Positions 7,658 to 16,874 of a stretch of DNA of 64,000 nt are shown here, piece after piece. The translations under genes were made by a program, and so were the position numbers. The notes below the pieces were generated by a model. It searched no databases. It had not been told where the DNA came from and was given only the letters and a program-made list of their open reading frames with translations. Every line of letters begins with the position of its first letter. Position 1 is the stretch's first letter. The stretch comes from Thermodesulfobacteriota bacterium (GTDB taxonomy: Bacteria > Desulfobacterota > Desulfobacteria > Desulfobacterales > SURF-7): assembly GCA_049320885.1 (NCBI GenBank), contig JBMORA010000038.1:34233-98232 (forward strand), given 5' to 3'.

Positions 7658-9808
7658 ATGTTCGGCTACGGTATTGGCCTCAAAACCCGTGTGACCCATG
7701 CCCTGGTGGTTGCCGGGGTTTCGTTCCTGGCCGCGGTTCTGCTCTGGGCCGGCGGCTTCATCACCGAACTGGAGTATAAAACCTGGGATCGGCGGGTTGC
7801 CCTGATGGCCGAACCGGGGGTTGCCACCAGGGATATCGCCATTATCCTGGTGGACCAGAACAGCCTGGACTGGGCCAGTGAAACCAACGCCTGGTCATGG
7901 CCCTGGCCCCGGGTGGCCTATGCCGCTATCCTGGATTTTCTGGGCCGGGGGTCGGCAAAGGCCCTGGCTTTGGATGTGCTGTTTACCGAGCCCTCGGTGT
8001 ACGGCGTTGAGGATGACCGGGAATTTCAAGCGGCGGCCCGGCGGTTCGGAAGGTCCGCGGTTGCCATCGGCCTGAGCGCCAGCCACGGCGCAGCGACGCA
8101 ATGGCCGGCATTTCATTCCAAACCGGGCTTTTTCGTGGAAGGCGCTGACGACTGGTTTGCCCAAAGCCGTCGAAACGATCTGACGGCCTCGGCGGCGACC
8201 TTGCCGGCCCCGGATCTGGCAAACGGCTTCCGCCTCTTGGCCAATGTGGACCAGAATCCGGACGAGGATTCGATCTACCGCCGGGTGGCGCCCTTCAAAC
8301 GCTTCGACCGGCAAATCCTGCCGCTGCTGGGCATCGGCGCCTATCTCGCCGCCAACCCGGAGGAATCCATCCGTTTCTCTGAAAACCACGTCAGCGTGGG
8401 GACGCATCTCATCCCGACGGATGACCGCGGCAATGTGATTCTGCGGTTTCGCGGACCGTCCGGCACCCATTCCCTATGCAGCGCGGCGGCGGTGATCCGG
8501 TCGGAACTCCTGCTGCGGGAAGGCCGCAACCCGCCCATCGATCCCGCGGTATTCAAAGACAAGTATGTTTTTCTGGGGTTCAGTGCCAAGGGACTCCACG
8601 ACACCAAGCCCATTCCCCTGGGCAAGGTGTATTCAGGGGTTGAGGTCAACGCCACCCTCCTGGACAATTTTCTTTCCCGGGATTTCATCCGACCGGCACC
8701 GTTGGCGGCCACCATTGTTTTTGTCTTGATATTGAGCCTTTCCTGCGCTTTCAGCGTCACCTTCGCGCGCGCGCCCATCCTCAATCTGCTGTTAACGCTG
8801 GCTTTCATCGGCCTGCCGCTGGCCGCCGCGCTGGCCGCCTACCGGGCCGGTTTCTGGCTGCCCCTGGTCACTCCCGAAGTCGCGGTCATGGCCGCCTGTA
8901 CCCTCTCCCTGGTGGTCAATTTCGCGGTGGAAGGCGTGCAGAAGCAGTTCATCAAGTCCGCTTTCCAGCAATACCTGAATCCGGCCGTCATCGAAGACAT
9001 CATCCGCAACCCGGAAAAACTGGTCTTGGGGGGTGATCGCCGGGAGATATCGATCTTTTTTTCGGATATCCAGGGTTTTACCGCCATCTCGGAGTCCCTG
9101 GAACCGGAGGCGCTGACCGCTTTTCTAAACGACTACCTTTCGGCCATGACCGACATCATCCACGAGGAAGGCGGCACCGTGGACAAATACGAAGGCGACG
9201 CCATCATCGCCTTCTGGAACGCGCCCCAGCAACTGCCGGATCACCCCCTCCGGGCCGTGACCGCCGCCCTGCGTTGTCAGGAAAAACTGGCGGCGTTGCG
9301 TCCTGTTTATGAGCGCAGGATTGGACGCCCTCTGTACATGCGGATCGGCCTCAACACGGGGCCTGCGGTGGTGGGCAACATGGGTTCCAAAAACCGGTTC
9401 AACTACACCATGATCGGCGATGCGGTCAACCTGGCCGCCCGCCTGGAGGGCGCCAACAAGGAATTCGGCACGTTTACCATGGTGTCCGAAAATACCCGGA
9501 AACTGGCACAGGGAAATGTTTTCTATCGAGAATTGGGCAAAATAGCGGTGGTGGGGAAAACCGAGGCCGTTGGGATTTTCGAGCCGATTTCGGTTCCCCG
9601 CGCGGAAGCTGTCCGGGAGGTGTTGGCGGCGTTTCAGCAAGGCCTGGCGCTCTTCTACCAGGGGGAGTTTCCCGAAGCGGCCCGTATTTTCTCAGGAATC
9701 GAAACCCGTGATCCACCAGCCGCCGCCTATTGCCGAAAATGCCGGGAATTGGCGGCATCGCCGGCCCCGGAAAATTGGCAGGGGGTATGGGTGTTGAAGT
9801 CCAAATAA
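7658..9808 (+). CDS. CHASE2-domain class III adenylate/guanylate cyclase
   Basis: WPWPR and LDVLFTEP (CHASE2), 3 TM, FSDIQGFT, DKYEGDA, GDAVNLAARLEG. Confidence 0.93.
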   Translation: MFGYGIGLKTRVTHALVVAGVSFLAAVLLWAGGFITELEYKTWDRRVALMAEPGVATRDIAIILVDQNSLDWASETNAWSWPWPRVAYAAILDFLGRGSAKALALDVLFTEPSVYGVEDDREFQAAARRFGRSAVAIGLSASHGAATQWPAFHSKPGFFVEGADDWFAQSRRNDLTASAATLPAPDLANGFRLLANVDQNPDEDSIYRRVAPFKRFDRQILPLLGIGAYLAANPEESIRFSENHVSVGTHLIPTDDRGNVILRFRGPSGTHSLCSAAAVIRSELLLREGRNPPIDPAVFKDKYVFLGFSAKGLHDTKPIPLGKVYSGVEVNATLLDNFLSRDFIRPAPLAATIVFVLILSLSCAFSVTFARAPILNLLLTLAFIGLPLAAALAAYRAGFWLPLVTPEVAVMAACTLSLVVNFAVEGVQKQFIKSAFQQYLNPAVIEDIIRNPEKLVLGGDRREISIFFSDIQGFTAISESLEPEALTAFLNDYLSAMTDIIHEEGGTVDKYEGDAIIAFWNAPQQLPDHPLRAVTAALRCQEKLAALRPVYERRIGRPLYMRIGLNTGPAVVGNMGSKNRFNYTMIGDAVNLAARLEGANKEFGTFTMVSENTRKLAQGNVFYRELGKIAVVGKTEAVGIFEPISVPRAEAVREVLAAFQQGLALFYQGEFPEAARIFSGIETRDPPAAAYCRKCRELAASPAPENWQGVWVLKSK

Positions 9809-9887
9809 GGTTTCACTTCTGGTCGATTTCCCGTCCGGCGGGGTTCCGCCATGCCGGTGATTTCGAAAAATGGATGGGAGGATGGGG

Positions 9888-10952
9888 ATGCCGAAAATGA
9901 GGATGCTGTTGATGTTCTGCTGGTCGTGTATCGCGGGGACGACGGGGATATGGGCGTCGGAGGCAACCACCCTTTGCCGGTACATGGATCCGGAAAGCGG
10001 CCGGCCGATTCTGGGCGCGGTGACGCGGGATGATCGCATTCTGCCGTTGCAGGCGGCCTTCTCCCGGTTGAATGGAGGCAAAACCAGCCCCTATCTGGAA
10101 TCCATCCCGGATTTTTTTAGAGGGGGCGGCAAGGAAGCCCGGGCCATAGTTGAAAGATTGAAACAGGAAGCCGGCCAAACCGGATTGCCGCTTTTGCGGC
10201 CGGAGGATGTGAATCTGCTGACCCCGCTGGAACCGGTCAAACTGATCGCCGGATCGATATTCGAGGGCCATGCGACCAACTCCCGGGAATCCTGGGCCCG
10301 GGAACTGGTTCCGGTGCAGTGGGCAGTGGCGAAACTGATCGGCGGCGGGCCTTTCAGACCGCCCGCGGAGCATTATACGGACATCACCTATTACCAGGGA
10401 AATCATCTGGGCTGGTTCGCCCACCGGAAGGATATCCTGCTGCCCGCCGCCTGGGAAAGCGTCGACTTCGAAGTCGAAATCGCCATGCTGGTGGTGGCGG
10501 AAGCAGGCGTTTATAAAGTGGGCGGATATTTTTTGTTCAACGATATCACCCACCGCAAGACCCAGGGAGTCGAAATCGACAAGATCCGGCATGGCTTTTC
10601 CGTGAGCAAGCATCTCAATGCCGCGGGTTGGAAATTCGTCTTGGCCGATGAAGTCGATTTTTCCCGGATTACCGTTATGGCGACCCATATCCGGTCGAAT
10701 GGGGAGCGGGAAACGCTATGCACCGGCAGGACCGATGATGCGCTCTTTTCACCGGAGGAGGTACTGGCGTCCGTGGCCCGGCGGGACGGCGGGGTGTTCG
10801 CCGGTGAAGTCATCACCACCGGCACCATGACCGGTTGCTGCGGATTGGAAATCCGCGGGGCCGCGGAGGCGGACCTCCTGCATCCCGGGGATACAATCCG
10901 TTTTGAAAGCGACATCCTGGGCGATCTGGAAAACCGAATCGCCAAGCAATGA
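9888..10952 (+). CDS. Fumarylacetoacetate hydrolase family protein
   Basis: VDFEVEIA, FNDIT, GEVITTGT, LHPGDTI...LGDLENRI. Confidence 0.82.
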   Translation: MPKMRMLLMFCWSCIAGTTGIWASEATTLCRYMDPESGRPILGAVTRDDRILPLQAAFSRLNGGKTSPYLESIPDFFRGGGKEARAIVERLKQEAGQTGLPLLRPEDVNLLTPLEPVKLIAGSIFEGHATNSRESWARELVPVQWAVAKLIGGGPFRPPAEHYTDITYYQGNHLGWFAHRKDILLPAAWESVDFEVEIAMLVVAEAGVYKVGGYFLFNDITHRKTQGVEIDKIRHGFSVSKHLNAAGWKFVLADEVDFSRITVMATHIRSNGERETLCTGRTDDALFSPEEVLASVARRDGGVFAGEVITTGTMTGCCGLEIRGAAEADLLHPGDTIRFESDILGDLENRIAKQ

Positions 10953-11056
10953 CGCTGTTGCATTCCATGATTTGCTGGCAGATCGGCTGGTTGTTGGGGG
11001 AACAAAGGGTGCTGTTACGAAAGCGCCATTGGATGGTATCAAGGAGGAGTTCGGCA

Positions 11057-12082
11057 ATGACAAGCAGAACGCGTTGCGGCAGGCCAATTCGATTGGCCTC
11101 GTCTTTTGTAATTTTCCTGTTGCTGCTGGCAATGGGAGGCTGTCTCCGGAAACCGACACACACATTGGGGCAGTGGTTTCATCTGAAGCCGGACACCATT
11201 CAGAAAGGAAAAACCGGCAAAGCCCAGCTTATCTCCGAATTGGGACGGCCGACAATCCATCTGAGCGCGCCCGGCCAAAATGAAACCCTGGTGTATTCCT
11301 ACAGCAGCGGAGATGAAAACAAACTGGATGTCGGCTTGCTGGTGGTGACATGTGATACCACGGATTTGGTCCAGGACTATTACGCGGGATTCAGCTACAG
11401 CCGACAGGAGGAACAGGCGCCCAAACAGGATGCGAAGGCCGATTATATCAGCGAATCCTCCATCCGGATCATCCAGGATTTGTTGAATTCCAATGATCCA
11501 CAGCAAAAAATATCCGCCGTGCTGCTCTCCTTTGAGGGGTTTCGTCCGGGGCTCCTGGGTTTTTTGCAATCCTATTTGAAAAAGCAGGTGGACGTCGAGA
11601 CAGACCTGAAGGTCCAGGCGATATATCTCTTGGCCCTGGACGGCATCGAGGATGAAAAGCACGAGCGCGACACCGTCCACAGCGCCCGTTTGCTGATGCT
11701 GCTGTCGGATCATCCGGAGATCCTGATTGAGCTGGAAAGCACCAATGCCATTGCCGCATTCGCTGTAAAAGATTTTATCGAGAAAAAGGCCGGCCAGTGC
11801 AACCGAACAGCCGTATCCCTCATCTACCGGCATATCGCGAATCCGGAACTCGCAGGCTATTTTTCAGCCTGCGCCGAAGACTTGTTCGCCGATCAAACAG
11901 AATGTTCTTTGGAATTTTTGGGCAGCCTGACGGCTGGGGAGCTGCAACATACGATCCAACTGATCGGGGCCAAAAAAGACATGGAGAGCAAGGCCTATCT
12001 GAAAATTCATTACTATGCCTCCATTTCCGATCCGGTTTACGGTGAGGTCAGCAGGACAATTTTGCAGACAATGGAACCATAA
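11057..12082 (+). CDS. Hypothetical lipoprotein with SmpA/BamE-like N-terminal domain
   Basis: AAGGAGGAG RBS; hydrophobic stretch with AMGGC lipobox; IQKGKTGKAQLISELGRP...LVYSY. Confidence 0.55.
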   Translation: MTSRTRCGRPIRLASSFVIFLLLLAMGGCLRKPTHTLGQWFHLKPDTIQKGKTGKAQLISELGRPTIHLSAPGQNETLVYSYSSGDENKLDVGLLVVTCDTTDLVQDYYAGFSYSRQEEQAPKQDAKADYISESSIRIIQDLLNSNDPQQKISAVLLSFEGFRPGLLGFLQSYLKKQVDVETDLKVQAIYLLALDGIEDEKHERDTVHSARLLMLLSDHPEILIELESTNAIAAFAVKDFIEKKAGQCNRTAVSLIYRHIANPELAGYFSACAEDLFADQTECSLEFLGSLTAGELQHTIQLIGAKKDMESKAYLKIHYYASISDPVYGEVSRTILQTMEP

Positions 12083-12113
12083 ACACATTCTTCCGGACCG
12101 GAAAGGAGCAGGC

Positions 12114-12860
12114 ATGGCCAGAAACAACCGGCAATTTCGCAGCATGATTTCCTCGGATTGGAATGAATGCCTCGCGCCGTGCGGGCCGTTCGACTGCATG
12201 GCCTTTGTCTACCCGGAACTGGCTTCCGCGCTGGAAAACATTTTCCGCCAATACACCGGCGGCCGGATGACGTTAGGGGCGGCGGCCGCACAGATCAAAG
12301 CCTTATTGCCGGCGCCGATGACGGCGGATCAGATGGATGCCTATCTCGCCAAGTCCTTCCGTACCTACACCGGGGTGCCGGAACTCATCGAATGGTGCCT
12401 GTCCAACGACATCCTGTTCATGATCAACACCACCGGCATGCAGGGCTATTTTCAGCGCGTCCTGGCCAAAAAACTTCTGCCTCCGGTGCCGGTCATCGCG
12501 GCCCATCCGATGATTCGCTTTGAAAATGGAGGCTCCGGTCCGTCAATTCTGTATGATCTGCTGGAAATTCAGGACAAGGGGGTCTACACCGAACTGGCCG
12601 CCCGCCATTTCAATATCCCCCTGGATAAGATCGTGGTCATGGGCGACAGCGGGGGAGACGGGCCGCATTTTGATTGGGGCCGGCGGAACGGGGCCCGCCT
12701 GGTCAGCAGCATGGGCAAACCGTCCCTGGATTCCTTCTGCCGCCGAAACGGGATAGCCCTTCATTTCCAGCATGGTCGCACCTACGCGGCAGGCGAATCT
12801 CCGGACAGAGGGGCCGAAATGACGGTGGATTTCCTGGCGCTCACCAGGTTTTTCGCCTAA
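12114..12860 (+). CDS. HAD-like hydrolase (non-canonical motif I)
   Basis: ISSDWNECL, YTGVPELI, VVMGDSGGD. Confidence 0.6.
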   Translation: MARNNRQFRSMISSDWNECLAPCGPFDCMAFVYPELASALENIFRQYTGGRMTLGAAAAQIKALLPAPMTADQMDAYLAKSFRTYTGVPELIEWCLSNDILFMINTTGMQGYFQRVLAKKLLPPVPVIAAHPMIRFENGGSGPSILYDLLEIQDKGVYTELAARHFNIPLDKIVVMGDSGGDGPHFDWGRRNGARLVSSMGKPSLDSFCRRNGIALHFQHGRTYAAGESPDRGAEMTVDFLALTRFFA

Positions 12861-12869
12861 TCGGGCGGC

Positions 12870-13535
12870 TTACTCCGTTTCCATTCTTTTCGGTTTGCGG
12901 ATGTTCAGCCGGGTATAAAAATTCTTGGCGGTATACAGGGCCGCCAAGGGGTTGTGGGCCAGGACCCGGTCCTTAACCGCCAGCACCGTCACCGGTGCCT
13001 TGGCATGTTTGATGAACAGGGTGTCATCGCCCACGCAAAGGCCTAAAAGGATGTGAAATTCAGCTCCCTGTTCTTCCAGAATGGCGGCCTGGCCGATGGG
13101 GTTGCACATGGGCTGGCGGATGCCCGGAACGATTTTGTCGGCGTCCGGCAGGGACACATCGTCCGCGCTGAGGGCGCCGCACATACAGCATGCGGAAGCA
13201 ACCTCAAAGCCTTCGTTGAACAACAGATTGGTCAACAGTTCCGCTTCCTGGGCCAATCCGACGCAAAAGGCCAGTCCCAGCTTTTGAAATCCGCGTAACC
13301 GGGCGTATTGGACGGTCTCTTCGATCCGCGTGAGCTTGCCGTATTCCTTCCAGGTTTTGGCCACGGCCCGGGCCATTGCCTGGTTTTCCGGTTCATCCAG
13401 TTTTTTTCTGGCCTGTTCCAGCACGTCTTGTTTATGCACCGAGGGGCAAAATGCCGGTGCCTGGCTGAGATCTCCCACAAAGCATCGTTTGCGTCCGCAA
13501 TAACTGCAGAGCACCTTGTTTTCCGTCATACTCAT
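12870..13535 (-). CDS. DUF1847 metal-binding protein
   Basis: LTRIEET, GLAFCVGL, MCNPIGQA, GLCVGDD, AVKDRVLAHNP. Confidence 0.88.
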   Translation of the reverse strand: MSMTENKVLCSYCGRKRCFVGDLSQAPAFCPSVHKQDVLEQARKKLDEPENQAMARAVAKTWKEYGKLTRIEETVQYARLRGFQKLGLAFCVGLAQEAELLTNLLFNEGFEVASACCMCGALSADDVSLPDADKIVPGIRQPMCNPIGQAAILEEQGAEFHILLGLCVGDDTLFIKHAKAPVTVLAVKDRVLAHNPLAALYTAKNFYTRLNIRKPKRMETE

Positions 13536-14560
13536 TACCTCCTGTCCGGGTTGGAAGGTTGGGATGCAAGCGCTGGTTTTGGAATCTCTCCCAGGGCCAT
13601 GCGCGCCAGATCGCCGATAAAGACAATCGGCAGCTGCCGGGTCGCCGCCGCTCCCGCCAGGGTGTGCATGCACATGGGGCAGAGGGCCGCAAGGGCCTGG
13701 GCCCCGGCATTGACGGCGTCTTGGATGTTTTTTTCCTGGTCCGGCGCCGGATCCCCTTGTCCCATCAGGAATTTCGCGCCGGCGCAGCACAGGGCGTTTT
13801 CCCGATCATACGTCCGGGCCACCCGTGTCACGCCGACCAGTCGGAACAGTTCGTCGATGAAGGCTTCTTTTTCCGGTGTATGGCGGGAGGCGCAGGGCCG
13901 CTGGTAGGCCACCCGTATATCCAGGGGCTTCAGCCGCCGGGTCTGGGATTTCAGATAAGTCACCAGATATTCGCTCAGATGCACGGGCCGAAACGGAACA
14001 GGGATGCCGTATTCGGGGGCCAACTTGGCCAGCATGGCATAGCAGTCGTCGTGAAAGCAGACCACTTCCCTGGCGCCGGTTTGGGCCAGGCGGCGGACGA
14101 ATTCGGCTGCATGGCGTCGCTGGACGCTTTCCGCCCCCATATGACTGAACAACACCCAGCAGAAGTAGGGTTTGCCGCCGATGCGTGGCAGCTCGTACAG
14201 CTCCCCCTGGATCAGGTGGCCGTCGCTTTTACCGAAAACGCAGGTGGTCATGATCCGGTCCACCTTCGGGATGGGATTCAGGTCGCCTTCAAAAACATAG
14301 CGCTGTTCCTGGGCTGCGATGCCGGCCCGGGCCACCACTTCATAGGTTTCCTGTAAGGCGGCGATGAGATCGAACGGATTGGCCCCTTGGGGACAGCGCT
14401 CGTTGCAGGCATAACAAGTGATGCAGCGATCCACGGCGGGCGTGCGCTCGCCGTTCATCATGGCCTTGAACCAATTTTCCGCCTCGTCCTGCCGGACATT
14501 CATCCACTGGCAGGTGGTCAGGCAGATACCGCAACCATCACAGCGATCCGGATGAAACAT
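13535..14560 (-). CDS. Fe-S oxidoreductase with CCG domains (HdrD/GlpC-like)
   Basis: CDGCGICLTTC, CITCYACNERCP, YQRPC, LCCAG, LCPMC. Confidence 0.85.
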   Translation of the reverse strand: MFHPDRCDGCGICLTTCQWMNVRQDEAENWFKAMMNGERTPAVDRCITCYACNERCPQGANPFDLIAALQETYEVVARAGIAAQEQRYVFEGDLNPIPKVDRIMTTCVFGKSDGHLIQGELYELPRIGGKPYFCWVLFSHMGAESVQRRHAAEFVRRLAQTGAREVVCFHDDCYAMLAKLAPEYGIPVPFRPVHLSEYLVTYLKSQTRRLKPLDIRVAYQRPCASRHTPEKEAFIDELFRLVGVTRVARTYDRENALCCAGAKFLMGQGDPAPDQEKNIQDAVNAGAQALAALCPMCMHTLAGAAATRQLPIVFIGDLARMALGEIPKPALASQPSNPDRR

Positions 14561-14651
14561 GCTGAAACCTCCTTCTGTTGAGCGGGGGGGATTTTCTTCC
14601 CGCTATAGCGAAAAACAGGCGCTTGAAAGAAAGGCATAGGTCTCTTATCCA

Positions 14652-15371
14652 TCAGTCGCCCTGCCGCGGGAAAAAAAGGGCGCGCATCCAGCCGCGGAGC
14701 GTATTGCCGGTGAGCATGGCCCGGTCCAGTTCGTCGATTTGACGGTTCAGGGATTCGGGGTCGGAAAAAAAATGTTCGCGGGTGACAAATTTTTCCCGGG
14801 TATCCAGGTCCTTGACCACCCGGGCGGGATTCCCGGCAGCCACCGTATTCGGCGGAATGTCGCCGACCACGACGGCGCCGGCGCCGATGATGCTGTTGCG
14901 GCCGATGGTGACGCCTTTACAGACGATGGCGCTGTCCCCGACCCAGACATTTTCCTCCAGGGTCACCGGTTCGTTGTTGCCGGGCTCGATGCGGTTGTAA
15001 ATTCCGTGCCAATCGGCGTCGGTGATATACACATTGCCGGCGAGCATGCAATTGTCGCCGATGGTGATCTGGCGGGCCGCGCCGATGCGCACTCCCGGAC
15101 AGATCAGGCAGTAGTCGCCGATCCGGATCCCGGGGATGTCTTCCGTTTCCGACCAGATGGACAACCGCACCTTGTGTTCCGGAGTGGTGATGATGTTGGC
15201 GAATTTTCCGATCCGGATGGGGGAACCGAAAAGGATCAAATTCCAGGGCTGCAGCACCGTGAATCCATCCCCGAGGTATTCCAGCTGGGGCCGGATGAAC
15301 CGCCGCACATAAAACGACTGAAAGCGCAGATACGTTTTCTTCAGAAAATACGGTCGATGATCATGTCTCAA
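14652..15371 (-). CDS. Hexapeptide-repeat acyltransferase
   Basis: IGDYCLI..IGDNCML..LEENVWVG..IGRNSIIGAGAVV..AAGNPARVVK; probable TTG start at 15371. Confidence 0.85.
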   Translation of the reverse strand: MRHDHRPYFLKKTYLRFQSFYVRRFIRPQLEYLGDGFTVLQPWNLILFGSPIRIGKFANIITTPEHKVRLSIWSETEDIPGIRIGDYCLICPGVRIGAARQITIGDNCMLAGNVYITDADWHGIYNRIEPGNNEPVTLEENVWVGDSAIVCKGVTIGRNSIIGAGAVVVGDIPPNTVAAGNPARVVKDLDTREKFVTREHFFSDPESLNRQIDELDRAMLTGNTLRGWMRALFFPRQGD

Positions 15372-15402
15372 CGGCAACCGGCCTTTCCGCCATTTTCGGC
15401 GG

Positions 15403-16458
15403 TCATGACGACTCCACTCCGGACAGAGCGCGCGAACCGCTCCAGAATTCATGCCGGAACAGTCCGGCAGCCGGAGTCAAATGATACAGGGCATCCGCCG
15501 CCATCAGGACAACCGCGTTGGTCCAGGTGATTTTGTCTTCCGGCCAGATGACCATGTCCGGGAAGGTGAAGCCGCACCAGCAGGAACCGTCTTCATAACA
15601 TTTGTCCTGGATCCAGCTGAAGACAATTCCCGCCAGACGGTGATTCCCCATGGCCGAAAGGGCCAAGACGAATTCCGAGGTTTCGGCGATGGTGATCCAT
15701 GGCTGGTCTGAAACGCAACGAACCCCCAGGCCGTCGACCACGAATTTCTTCCAGTATTTGTCAATGCGCCTCTGGGCCTGATCGCCGGTAAGCGCTCCGC
15801 AGAGGATGGGATAAAACCAGTCCATGGAGAAGCGGGACTTGGTGACGTTGAACAAATGGGGCCGACAGCGGATGGCCTCGCCCAGCCGGCTCAAGGCCGA
15901 TTCCCAGGACGGCATGGGCACTTGCAGGAGGTCGGCAAGCGCCAACGCGCATTTGAGGCTCATGTAGATCGAACTGGAGCCGGTGAGCAGGGCCATGGGA
16001 TCCACGACTCCCGCCGGGCTGGTGGCCCAATAAATTTCCCCGCTGGGGGCTTGCAGGCCGACGGCATGGTCCACGGCTTTGCGGACGGTGGGCCAGAGTT
16101 GCCGCACAAACAGGAGATCACCGGTGATCAGATAATGATGATAGACACCCACGGCGATATAGGCCGTAAGATTGGTGTCAACGGTCTTGTCTTCCGGTTT
16201 TCCGTTTTTAAAGGAAGAGTACCAGCCGCCGTTTTCGAGCTGGTTGTTCACCAGCCATTGAAATCCGAGCCTTGCCTGGTCAACATACCCACCGATGGTC
16301 AGGCCCATGATGGATTCCACATGATCCCAGGGGTCGGTTTTGTCTCCCCGAAACCAGGGTATTTCTCCATTATCGAGTTGGGTTTTCGCGATCAAGTTCG
16401 CCACCGAATCGACATCGAGCGATAGGCTCTGCGGGCTCTGAGATATTTTGACATCCAT
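15403..16458 (-). CDS. Prenyltransferase/terpene-cyclase-like alpha-barrel protein
   Basis: Q..NGEIPW, DPWDHVE, QW-like repeats (WLVNNQLENGGW), RFSMDWFYP. Confidence 0.7.
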   Translation of the reverse strand: MDVKISQSPQSLSLDVDSVANLIAKTQLDNGEIPWFRGDKTDPWDHVESIMGLTIGGYVDQARLGFQWLVNNQLENGGWYSSFKNGKPEDKTVDTNLTAYIAVGVYHHYLITGDLLFVRQLWPTVRKAVDHAVGLQAPSGEIYWATSPAGVVDPMALLTGSSSIYMSLKCALALADLLQVPMPSWESALSRLGEAIRCRPHLFNVTKSRFSMDWFYPILCGALTGDQAQRRIDKYWKKFVVDGLGVRCVSDQPWITIAETSEFVLALSAMGNHRLAGIVFSWIQDKCYEDGSCWCGFTFPDMVIWPEDKITWTNAVVLMAADALYHLTPAAGLFRHEFWSGSRALSGVESS

Positions 16459-16782
16459 TTCCTGCTACCTTTCCATGCATTACACGCCGGACGACAGACG
16501 ATACATCAACACGAAGCTTATAAGGCCATCCTCTTTATCAAATTTGTCGGATCTTGGCAAGAGGGTGTAAATCGAGTTCGAAAAGTGAATATTCTATCTA
16601 AAAATTCATCCAGCTTGTCCGGCCTGTCAATGAATGAATATTCAGCCTTCGGGGAATTGGCTTCGCCGGGTCGGAAAAATCCATCCGGCGTCGCTGCCGA
16701 AGCGGCTGTTTTTATAAAAGTGATACTTTATCAATAGGTTGACGGGTGTCATTGCCAATGTTTTGAGAGAATTGGATTTTTC

Positions 16783-16826
16783 TTGACTATAAATAGGCTC
16801 TCTGTTAACAATGAACGCTCATTCAT
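16783..16826 (+). promoter_or_regulatory. sigma70 promoter of the beta-oxidation operon with overlapping palindromic operator
   Basis: TTGACT-N17-TAACAA; ATGAA-N6-TTCAT at 16811-16826; second copy ATGAATGAATATTCAG at 16630-16645. Confidence 0.55.
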
Positions 16827-16874
16827 CTATGATTCTAAATTGTGTTTTTCACTAATCATATACAGGAGGAGATT

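Noticed and set aside
12870..14560. Selenocysteine read-through in the Cys-rich Fe-S genes
   Set aside because: The ORFs appear complete, with no in-frame TGA at conserved Cys positions.
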